Shown: in pieces, positions 24,185-34,094 of the stretch
How the letters are laid out: the number at the start of each line of letters is the position of its first letter
How positions within the stretch are numbered: position 1 is the first letter of the stretch
Assembly (NCBI GenBank): GCA_965112735.1
Contig: OZ218956.1
Span: forward strand, 2,418,001-2,482,000
Length of the DNA stretch: 64,000 bases
Reading direction: 5' to 3'
Origin: Phaeosaccion multiseriatum
Taxonomy: Eukaryota > Protista > Ochrophyta, other classes
Made by a program: the position numbers and the translations under genes
Notes under the pieces: model-generated
Told to the model about the DNA's origin: nothing
What the model saw: only the letters and a program-made list of their open reading frames with translations
Databases searched by the model: none

Positions 24185-25100
24185 ATTATATCTTTGCTGT
24201 CTCTCCCTTCTCTCTCTGGTCCCCCTCCAACTTTCTCACTTCAAACTGTTACTTTTAGAGAGGGATCGGATCCCGACACTAGGTACATATTGCTCCTCTT
24301 CCCCCCCTTCCCTCCTGTTCTCATTCTTCTCTCCTCTTGGAAGGGGAAGCCTCCATCAATGCACACAGAAAGAGAGCAGGAGGGGAGAAGCGCCGCAAGC
24401 CCAGTAGCAGGCCAGGGGAAGGCTGAGGAGTAGCCAGTAACAGGCAGGGCATGATCTCCGTGCCCCTCCTCCCAGTCTCTGTGGTGGGCATGACTTTGGC
24501 GTCTTTTTCTCTTCATGAGGGCGCGAGTCCTTGTGGGATGGTGCGCAGGTCTCTATTTACCACGAAGCTCGTGTGCAGCTGCTGATGCATCTACTAATGG
24601 GTCCTCACGGCTGGCGTATCTTTGCAGCCCTCGATTCCTAAGGTGGGCGAGCATGGAGAGGAATCTTCTTTGTACGACCCCTTACCTTCTTACCTGCGCC
24701 TGAGAGTGACGATGAGAGCCGACTTGCCAATGATCACTATAGCACTGGGTACTGAATCAACCCTCTTCCTTCGGGGAGGGGCTCCTGATGAGAATGGCGG
24801 AAATTTGTTTCCCCAACCAGATGAGGCGAAGGCTCAGGCTGCTTGTACCCGTGTTTGTTTTGCTCCCTACACCTGTCTCCCTCTCTTCTCTCTCTCTCTT
24901 TGTGTGTGTGTGTATTCGGGATTGGACGTGGCAGTTGAAGCTTCCCCCCTCCCCCCCCCACCGCAGTGGTGCGTGATGACACTCAACAACTCAATGCTTT
25001 AGGAAGTGCCGTATGAGAGACTATGGGCCAAAATGGCCCGGGCGTCGTGCTTACACCGAGTAGTCTGACACCTTGACCTGTGGGGCTTTCCCAACTGCAC

Positions 25101-25164
<64 letters not shown>

Positions 25165-25458
25165 CTGGACAATGCTTCGAACACGATGCCCGCCTCTGAC
25201 CGCATATCGACGCTCGTCATTGGCGCCTTTCTGTTTGCCCCGCCCCCCTTGTCTTGTTTCGTTCGTGTTTTCGCACCCAACGCAACCAGCAGCCCCTCCA
25301 AGGCACACGGCTGTGCGTCTGACGTCGTGACACACCGGACAGAGTCTGCGCCTGCTGCTACTCGAGCTGTACCTGGGGGCCTCCACCGCCCGACCTTCGA
25401 CCTCGCCTCCGCCCTGCCTCACTCTGCTCCTCGCATCGGGAGTAGAGGGCTGACCACC

Positions 25459-26260
25459 ATGGCGTTTCTGCGCTCGGGTCGCGTTCTCCAGGACGGCTCA
25501 CCACCTTCTCGGAAGAGAAAAGTGGGGGCAACGGCGATGGAGCCATCCTCACGCTCAGCGCCGCCCCCTCGCTCGTCTCGCCGATTTTCATCAACAGCAG
25601 CAGCACCAGCGCCAACACTTGAAGGCGCACCACCACCAACACCTTCTGACGCCGCCTCCCCGACGAAATCAGAATCACCCTCGGCGGGCCACACACGAGG
25701 CGGGGGGCAGCGCCTAGGAGCCACCAAGGCAAGGCGCACCACACGCACCGCACCCCTTTCTTCCACTTCGGCAGCGACTTTGCCCTCCGCCTCCTCCTCC
25801 TCCTCCTCCTCCTCCTCCTCCTCCTCCTCCTCTTCCTCGACTCCTCCTCGCAAGGGGTCAGTCGCACCGCGGATCTCCCCCATGGCGTCGAGTGCCTCGT
25901 TGTTGGAGACCTTGTCCCAGCCCACGTCCGTTTCAGAAACAATGACTTCTTCGCCGGCGGCAGCAGGGGCAGGGACTGCTCCTCCTGTGGTCCTGCTGGA
26001 CTTGGGCAGACTTGTGGCGGCGACAGTGATCAAGAGGCCCTCCGCCCACATTCGCTCGCCTTTTGTCGCGGACGTGAGTCTTCTTCGCGTGGGCGTGGAC
26101 AGCGGGTCTCCTGCCGGAAGTGGCGGTGCGGGCGTGGACGCTGCAGGGGAGGAGGAGACGGAAGCAACAGCAACAGCAACAGCAACAACGTTAATGGCTC
26201 ACTCTCCTTCTCTCGATTGCGCTGGGATGATAACCTCAGGTAAGGGAGGTTTCGCGCTCG

Positions 26261-26292
<32 letters not shown>

Positions 26293-27800
26293 GTGTATAA
26301 AGCAGTGTGAGAGGGACAAAAAACGCCCCAAGTAGTAGTCCCGCTCTTGTTTCTCTACTCGTCCTCTTCCCCCCCCTCGCCTGCATGCACTTAATTCTCT
26401 GCTGGCCCAGCCCACCCCGTGGCTCACTAACATACGCCCTCAACCACCCTTGCTTTCTTCTTTGTCCTCATTTCGTCGCCTCCCTCGGCCGTTCACACAC
26501 AGGCAAGCGCGTGCTGGTGAAGAAGAATGCGGCGGGCGGCACCACCAAGACCAGTCACGCCATCCAACTCGCCCTCGAGGACCGAGAGGTGAGGTGCGCC
26601 TCTTTGCTGGTCGATGCCAATGGCTATGTCGGTTTCAAAATCGATGGCTACGTCTGCGTGCAATATAGCCATCCATGCCATTTTGTTTTTGTTTTTATTT
26701 GATCCCTAGTACTCTGACTTCTTGCCCTATGTTTTTAAAACAAGCGCATATCGTAGCAAGTACGAGTGGGGAGAGCGAGCTTTGTCCCCATGGGCCCTCG
26801 CTACTTGCATCAATCAATTCAACGGTTTCGCGTGAGCACTTCCAACGTATGTTTTCCTCTTGTCGTAGTCGTAATCGAAATCAAATCCTCTCACCCTCTT
26901 CCCCCGTTGTCCCTTTTGGCCTGTATCTCCAACTGCCCTTTCTTCCTGCGCAGGACGGTCTTGCGAGTGTGGTGGGTGCTCATCCGCAGCTCGCAGAGAA
27001 GCTTGTCAAGCGTTTGCTTGAGCTGCGCCTCATTCCTGAGCTCTGCGTCGCCAAGGATGAGGAGAAGGTGCAGCAGCAGAAGAAGAAGAAGAAGGAGGAG
27101 GAGGGGGGGGGGGAGGGGGGGGAAGGCCGGGCTGAGGCGGACGGGAAGGAGGGCAAGAAGGGCAAGGGCAAGAAAGAGCGAAAGCAGGGCTCGAGCCTGG
27201 GCACCGTGGCGTACAGTGTGGCCAGTCAGGTAACGTATGGAGATAGTCGGGTGGACTTTGTCCTTACTCACGAAGACGCCAGCAAGAGCACGACGCTCCT
27301 GGAGGTAAAGAACTGCGTCGGGGCAGACTACCCAGCAGGTAGGTCGTGTGTGTATGCGTGTGCGTGTGTACGTGCGTGTCTATGTGTGTGTGTGGTGTGT
27401 GTGTGTGTGCGCATGTGCGTGTATTGGCAGTGGAGCAAATGTCGATGTATGCGGACAGTAGTTTGACGTGTAGGTAAGTAGATAAGATGCGTTTTGCCCT
27501 CCCCACTGTACTCTTGATGTGGATGAATGATGCATGCCTGCTCTGAACCACCAACGCCTTAACCCTCTCCAATGACCCCCTTACGTCCGCCCCTCCGTGT
27601 TCCCGTTCCCCTCCTCTCCCCCCGTGTCCCTGCATTCCTCATCAGGCCAAGTGCCTCCTCACCGCTCCCCGGTGGGTGTGTACGAGAGTTCTTCCCCGCC
27701 GCCCTACACGCGCACTGCCATCTTCCCTCACGGCTCCAAAAAGAAGCCCGTCAATGTCGTTAGCGACCGCGCCATTAAGCACGTGTGGCACCTCACCACT

Positions 27801-27831
<31 letters not shown>

Positions 27832-28083
27832 GTGGGCAGGCTGAGGGGCGTGATACAGTCGATACTGCCCGAGACAGCGAAGGGAGCGAGGGTGAAGGGG
27901 TCGGAGGTGGCGAGGAGAGGAAAACGCGCTCGGCAGTGCTCTTTCTTGTGACGCGCTCCGACTGCGACGCCTTCCGTCCCTGCCACGAAGCGTGCCCCCT
28001 CTTTGCGAGCGTTCTACAGAACGCAGAGCGGGAGGGGGTGATAGTGCTCGCGTACGACGTGCAGTGGGACATCCGCGCCGTAC

Positions 28084-28128
<45 letters not shown>

Positions 28129-28466
28129 TGGTGGGTGATAGCAATCGCGATGAAGACGACAGCGTGGAAGGCGGGGGTGGGACTGCAGCTGCTGGTGGTG
28201 CTGCCAGAGTTGTTCATCCCTCCGGTTCTTCCTCTTGCTCGGGCCATCCGGAGGAAGAGTACGCGACGTACGACGTCAAGGCCTTGTTGGGCAGGCGCCT
28301 CCCCGTGGTGTATGGAGAGCAAGTGGAGGCGGTGGTGGACAAGGCGTGGCTCAAGGAGGTGTTGGCTTTTAACAAGGCGGGGTCCGGGAGGACTACCAGC
28401 AGCCGCAGTAGCAGCAGCAGCAGGAAGGGCGCGAAGAAGGGCGCGAAGAGAGCAAATAAGGGCTGA
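25459..28466 (+). CDS. sfsA: SfsA-like (sugar fermentation stimulation protein) OB-fold plus PD-(D/E)XK nuclease-domain protein; 4 exons
   Basis: KRPS..SPFVADV, AHSPSLDCAG, VGAHPQLAEKLV, TYGDSRVDF..LLEVKNC, AIFP..VVSDRAIKHV, AVLFLVTRSDCDAFRPCHEACPLFA..GVIVLAY. Start codon in CCACCATGG context; an alternative in-frame ATG lies at 25186. Confidence 0.85.
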
Positions 28467-28581
28467 AACTCGAGCTCGCTGGCAGAGGCAGAGTCGGCGA
28501 GGAATGTACAAAAGGCGTTAGGAGGGAGGGCGTTGGAACGACCTTTGGTCCTGTTATCTTCTCTACTCCTCGTTGTGATAA

Positions 28582-28583
<2 letters not shown>

Positions 28584-28646
<63 letters not shown>
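28584..28646. repeat. (TA)n microsatellite
   Basis: Directly visible. Confidence 0.95.
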
Positions 28647-28649
<3 letters not shown>

Positions 28650-29171
28650 GCTTTTTCGCCTGAATCAAGTCCTTACTGTCTGTGTATGGCTGGGCGAGGA
28701 GCGCGGCTCAGTGGGAAGGCGCGACGGGAAGTCTACCTACCACCCCTTGTCTCTTCTCCCCACCACCACCACATGCTTTCTTGACTGTCACCGTCCTCTC
28801 AGCCCCTCCCTTGCATCTGAAACCTCACCCTATTTTGCCCGACTGAAGAGGGGAAGAGGTAAGGTAGGGAGAGAGACACGAGAGAGAGGAGGAGGAGGAG
28901 GAGGAGGAGGAGGAGGAGGAGGAGAGCAGAGCGAGAAAGGCAGAAGGGGAACAGGACATCAATCCTAATGTGTGAGTGAATGAGCCTAGGCCTCGTCTGG
29001 TCTGGCAGTGCCTTTGCTCCGACGGTGGGCCTCCACCAGGCAGGTTGGTCAGGGCCTGAAGAGTGCCGATAGGGCCGTGTTGCTATGGCCTATGGCGTGC
29101 TGAAGCCGCAGCTTCCGAAAACGGAACTTGGCAATTCATTCACTCAGTCACTGAGCGAAGAGCAAGCCTAA

Positions 29172-29329
29172 TCGGCCCTGGACTTGATCAAGGTATGCGC
29201 CGACCATAATCAGTAATCAGGCCTGGGGCCGGCCATAACCAACTATCAGGCCGGCTGGCGCCGAACAAAAGGAGTAATCAGGCCTGGCTCGGCCAGAATC
29301 AATAATCAGATAATCAAGTCCAGGGCCGA
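29172..29329. mobile_element. MITE-like element with perfect 17-bp terminal inverted repeats and internal TAATCAG/AGGCCGGCTGG repeats
   Basis: TCGGCCCTGGACTTGAT (29172-29188) is the exact reverse complement of ATCAAGTCCAGGGCCGA (29313-29329); no clear TSD. Confidence 0.7.
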
Positions 29330-29656
29330 AGGCAGACTCCAGTGGCTGGGCAGATCTGAGGCCAATGGTGACACGGCGTGTACCACAGCCACGGCCCAAC
29401 ACTCTTTCGGCTCCGCCGCTTTCCTTCTTCTTGTGCATGCATCTACCTAGCTGCTGCTGACTCGGCTCGTGGAGCATGCATCATGATGGCTCAGCAGATG
29501 AATCCTTCTCCTCCTGCTTCGAGCCCCCCGCCGCGTCGGTCTCTCCTCGCGCTTTCCTCTGTGACCAGTATGGTACAGTGCCGCAGCAGGTCGAGGGCTG
29601 GACGAAAGCCGAAGGTGACATCTCTCAGCAACAAGAGGTGGCACGTAGCTGCACGC

Positions 29657-30724
29657 CTATCCGTGTGGCTGATGCGCTGAAAAAGGAAGAACCTTACTCG
29701 TACCCATCATACTTGCCATGCTCTTCAAAGTATTATGGGAAGTGATGGTCGAAAAATCCCTTCGATTGAGTGAACCTCTTAAAAGCAAGTAGAACACTCC
29801 CAATTCCCAGCCCAAGCAGACCATTCTGACCAATACCATTGCAACAGAGGGTCGCTGAATCAGCCACGTCTTCATTGGGTCAACGAGGGTCAAAGGGGAA
29901 ACGGTACCTGCAAACCAGATCGCGAATAGAAAACCCCTCATATACCGGCACTGCGTCTGGATCTTGCGCAAGTCTGGAGAGAGCAAGGGCATCGTCTTCA
30001 GCATACGCAGCAAGCAGGTGGTCGCTACGGCAATCGCCCCGAAGCATGGGCTGATAACGGGCACCGCCAGAGACCAGACGGTCCAGAAGGCCGTGTACCC
30101 TGGGTGAAGACACAGTACAACGCCCGAGGCTAACCCTGTTAAAGCCATGAAAGCGGGGATGAACCAAAAGCGGCGCTCCACAAAGTTCCGAAGCCGGAGT
30201 ACGGCAGGTGTTCGGTGCAGGAGGCTCCGCGGAAGGGCAGCAAGCCAGAGACGAACAACCATCCAAGCGAGTATTTCGCAGCCGCACATGACGAATATAA
30301 CAAAGCACCAGGCCAGCGACTGGTCCAGAGGCCCTTTTCCACTTGAGAATCTTCTGATAGAGACGAGCAAGGCTGTCGTGGAAACGAGAAAACAAAGCAC
30401 TACCCCCGTCAATCTGGTTTGCGCTACACCAGTCTTCGTCTCCCGCAGCAGTGCCCTCAACCCTCCCTTACGCCAGACGTGCCTTCCGAGGACGTACACC
30501 ATATCGACCAGGACGGCTACAAGGCCGACTAGAAGCACCATCTCGGGAACATCGAGGTACGTCTTGGCTACACAGGCACTCTCTCCCATTATATTTGTGT
30601 CGTAAAAGCGGTCCCCGCAGCCGGAGCAAGTCCCCGTAGCTTCATCGCACAAACCTTCGCTGTGGCTCACACGGCCGAAAGTTGCGGCGGCTTCGTCGCG
30701 GCATGCCAGCACGCACGCAGACAT
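29657..30724 (-). CDS. Intronless membrane protein, copy A: Cys-rich (EGF-like?) N-terminus plus about 7 TM helices (GPCR-like topology)
   Basis: Single ORF from the shared MSACVLAC start; GLCDEATGTCSGCGD..SAC followed by seven hydrophobic segments; paralogue at 32553-33602. Confidence 0.75.
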   Translation of the reverse strand: MSACVLACRDEAAATFGRVSHSEGLCDEATGTCSGCGDRFYDTNIMGESACVAKTYLDVPEMVLLVGLVAVLVDMVYVLGRHVWRKGGLRALLRETKTGVAQTRLTGVVLCFLVSTTALLVSIRRFSSGKGPLDQSLAWCFVIFVMCGCEILAWMVVRLWLAALPRSLLHRTPAVLRLRNFVERRFWFIPAFMALTGLASGVVLCLHPGYTAFWTVWSLAVPVISPCFGAIAVATTCLLRMLKTMPLLSPDLRKIQTQCRYMRGFLFAIWFAGTVSPLTLVDPMKTWLIQRPSVAMVLVRMVCLGWELGVFYLLLRGSLNRRDFSTITSHNTLKSMASMMGTSKVLPFSAHQPHG

Positions 30725-31160
30725 CCTTGACACCACTGTCTTTCAGGCCGTCCTCCCCAATTATCCTTGTTGTGTTTCGGATTTGAGGGCCAAGGGTATT
30801 ATTATTATTATTATTAAGGTGTACAAGAGAGAGGGGGGCTGAAACTGTTTTTCGCCCTCCAGTGCCATCTTTGCGGTTTCTTTTTTTAATTTTTTAATGC
30901 TTTTTTTGGCGCGTTTTTTACTCGGGCTTGAAGGACCACAACTGCTACATGCAAGCAGCAGTAATGGCTTAGTGAAGGCTTGTTCACGGCAGGAAGGTGG
31001 CAGCAGGGCTGGTAGTAGCACAGGAGTTAAGAAAAGAGAGAAAAAACAGCACGCCACCACCACCAGCAGAGACAAATGGAGGGGAATGAAGGAGCTGTAG
31101 GGGGGGCAGCACAAAAGGATGGAACAGCACCACCTATGTGACAGTCCTGAAGAGATTTCT

Positions 31161-31369
31161 TCGACCCTGGACAAGATTACGGTGTGCACCGGCCGTAATC
31201 AGTAATCAGCTTTATGCTGACGCATAATCAGTAATCAGGCCGGCTGGTCACCGGCGGTAATCAGCAACCAGGCCGGCTGGCGCCGGCCATTTCCTCGGGC
31301 CATAATCAGTAATCAGGCCGGCTGGCGCCGGCCGTAATCAGTAAATCAGAAGGGAGGGGTACAGGGCTG
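31161..31369. mobile_element. Degenerate second copy of the TAATCAG-repeat MITE-like family
   Basis: Left end TCGACCCTGGACAAGAT resembles the TIR at 29172; several TAATCAGTAATCAG and CAGGCCGGCTGG units; right end degenerate (CAGGGCTG). Confidence 0.55.
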
Positions 31370-31859
31370 TCAGAATACGAGTGGAAAGGCCGCAGGAGCG
31401 CACGACGACGATGACAGTGATTGGGACGACGAGACTTGGACGCAAGCCGGTGCTCTGGCATATGCAGCCGCTGCTTCGGTGCAACCAGCGACCGCTTCGA
31501 AAACTGGCACTCAAGCGAGAGTGGAGGCTGAGCTTGCAACAATCGCCGCAGCTCAAGAGGAGAGGCGGAAACAATTGCAGACAGCTTAGCAGGGATTGAA
31601 AAACGAGAAGGCGGATGTAGAAGCTGATTACAAAGTTCGAGGAGGACGAGGCCAGCCCCTGTAGGGAATAAGCGAGAAGCTGCGGTTGATTGGTGGCTGC
31701 AGCTATGAAAGGAATTGATGAGGATTTGAGGATTTGCTGCTCCCAGCGGAGCAGGAAGAGAAGCGAAAGAAGGAGATGGAGGAGAGGAAGAAGAAGGGTA
31801 GATGGTGCAAGTGGTTGCCGCCCCTTGGTCGCACGTCTAAGCGGTACGTTCTCAATTAT

Positions 31860-32100
31860 TCGGCTCCCCGCAGGGCTTCTCTGGCCCCCCGATAAGCAGA
31901 AGCCTGAGGCGGCCTGCGGCCGAAAGCAAGAAGCCCGGGGCTTGCCTGCGGCCAGAAGCCTGCATAATCTCCCCTCCCCCCCCCTGAGCCCCCCTGAGAA
32001 GCCTGAAGCCCAGACCGCTGGCCTGCGGCGCAGAAGCCCGAAGCCTGGAGGGGTCTATGGCACAGAAGCCCGGAGCCCGAGAGGCCCTGCGGGGGGCCGA
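31860..32100. mobile_element. 241-bp MITE with 22-bp imperfect TIRs and a 6-bp target-site duplication (AATTAT)
   Basis: AATTAT|TCGGCTCCCCGCAGGGCTTCTC ... GAGAGGCCCTGCGGGGGGCCGA|AATTAT (2 mismatches); internal AGAAGCC and GGCCTGCGGC repeats. Confidence 0.8.
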
Positions 32101-32552
32101 AATTATCGCCTCTTCCTTCGTGATGTTTGGCTCCTCTTGTCCACGCCCCCCGCCCACCCCCCTCTTGGGCCGCCCTTTCTGAACATACCTTGACACACTT
32201 CTTCCCCCTGTTGTTGTCGCCCCCTTTTTTCGGCCCCTGTCTCCAGTCCTCCGCCTCGCTGTCCCCTGTCCCCCCCGTCTGCTGCCTTCCTTTTCCCTTG
32301 CTTCTTCTTGCGCTCCTTCTTCTTGTGCTTGCATCTACCTAGCTGCTGCTGACTCGGCTCGTGGAGCATGCATCATGATGGCTCAGCAGATGAATCATTC
32401 TCCTCCTGCTTCGAGCCCCCCGCCGCGTCGGTCTCTCCTCGCGCTTTCCTCTGTGACCAGTATGGTACAGCCAGTGCCGCAGCAGGTCGAGGGCCGGACG
32501 AAAGCCGAAGGTGACATCTCTCAGCAAGAAGAGGTCGCACGTAGCTGCACGC

Positions 32553-33602
32553 CTACCCGTGTGACTGATGCGCTGAACATGGAAGAACCTTACTCGTAGG
32601 CCTACCGATCATACTTGCCATGCTCTTCAAAGAATTATGGGAAGTGATGGTCGAAGAATCTCCTCTTCGATTGAGTGAACCTCTTAAAAGCAAGTAGAAC
32701 ACTCCCAATTCCCAGCCCAAGCAGAGCATTCTGACCGATACCATTCCAGCAGAGGGTCGCTGAATCAGCCACGTCTTCATCGGGTCAACGAGGGTCATAG
32801 TGGAAACGCTACCTGCAAACCAGCACGCGCAAGTGAAAACCCTCATGTATCTGCAGTGCGTCTTGATCTTGCGCAAGTCTCGAGAGAGCGAGGGCATCGT
32901 CTTAAGCATGCGAAGCAGGCAGGTGGTGGCCACGAGAATAGCCCCGAAGCATGGGCTGATAACAGGCACCGCAAAAGCCCAGATGGTCCAGAAGGCCATG
33001 TACCCTGGGTGGAGAGACATTACAACGCCCGAGGCTATCCCTGCACAAACCATGAAAGCGGGGATGAACCAAAATCGGCGCTCCACAAAGTTCTGAAGCC
33101 GGAGTACGGCAGGTGTTCGGTGCAGGAGCCTCCGCGGAAGGGCAGCAAGCCAGAGGCGAACAACAAACCAAGCGTGTATTTCGCAGCACCACGCCAGCGT
33201 GTTGTCCAGCGGCCCTGTCCCACTTGAGAACCTTCGTGTAGAGATGAAAAAGGCTGCCATGGAAGAGAGAAAACAAATCACAGCCCCCAGCAATCTGGTT
33301 TGCGCTACACCGGACTTCGTCTCCACCAGTGCCCTCAACCCTCCCTTACGCCATACAAGCCTGCCGAGGACGTACACCATGTCGACCAGGACGGCTACAA
33401 GGCCGACCAGAAGCACCATCTCGGGAACATCGAGGTACGCCTTGGCTACACAGGCGCTCCCTCCCGCTATGTTTGTGTCGTAAAAGCCGTCCCCGCAGCC
33501 GGAGCAAGTCCCCGTAGCTTCATCGCACAAACCTTCACTGTGGCTCACACGGCCGAAAGTTGCGGCGGCTTCGTCGCGGCATGCCAGCACGCACGCAGAC
33601 AT
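32553..33602 (-). CDS. Intronless membrane protein, copy B (tandem paralogue of 29657-30724)
   Basis: Collinear with copy A at DNA and protein level; 8-codon deletion in TM3. Confidence 0.75.
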   Translation of the reverse strand: MSACVLACRDEAAATFGRVSHSEGLCDEATGTCSGCGDGFYDTNIAGGSACVAKAYLDVPEMVLLVGLVAVLVDMVYVLGRLVWRKGGLRALVETKSGVAQTRLLGAVICFLSSMAAFFISTRRFSSGTGPLDNTLAWCCEIHAWFVVRLWLAALPRRLLHRTPAVLRLQNFVERRFWFIPAFMVCAGIASGVVMSLHPGYMAFWTIWAFAVPVISPCFGAILVATTCLLRMLKTMPSLSRDLRKIKTHCRYMRVFTCACWFAGSVSTMTLVDPMKTWLIQRPSAGMVSVRMLCLGWELGVFYLLLRGSLNRRGDSSTITSHNSLKSMASMIGRPTSKVLPCSAHQSHG

Positions 33603-34094
33603 CCTTGACACATCAAGTCTTTCCTTCACTTTCTTTTAAGTGTGCTGTGTCGTCGGTCGAGTAATAGGGGTTAGGACTCCCGCAGCTGTTACAGCTGTGC
33701 CGGTCCAAAACATTCTGTAACTGTTTAGGGTGAACGGTAAAAAACAATCATTTGGTTACTTTACCTAGAGATATATATTAGAGCTTATGGGCTCAGTATT
33801 GGAGCGCTCGAGGTAAGTTGTAACCATGTGTAGATGCGTGTATGTGTGGTATTGATGGAGCGTGATGTGGAGGGGAAGAGGATGGTAAGGGTGGTAGAGG
33901 AGAGGATATTGGGGAGTGGGAAGGAAGTGAAGGGGGGAGGAGGAGATGAAGGGGTGTGGGAAGGAGTGAGGTGGTGGAGGTGATATGTGAACTATCCTAC
34001 TGTGGGTGGTGTGGGTGACAAGGCGTGACTAACTGTGGTTGCTATGCTGTGTGCTGATGATCGCGCTGTCTGCTGGCTGGTGTACTCCTGCCCC

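Noticed and set aside
29447-29656. In-frame ORF after the TAG of 7TM copy A as programmed read-through
   Set aside because: Copy B has a 4-nt indel in this stretch that changes the frame, so the extension is not conserved
29200-31345. TAATCAGTAATCAGGCCGGCTGG repeats as a CRISPR-like array
   Set aside because: Units are degenerate and irregularly spaced, lie within inverted repeats, and there are no cas genes in this eukaryotic context
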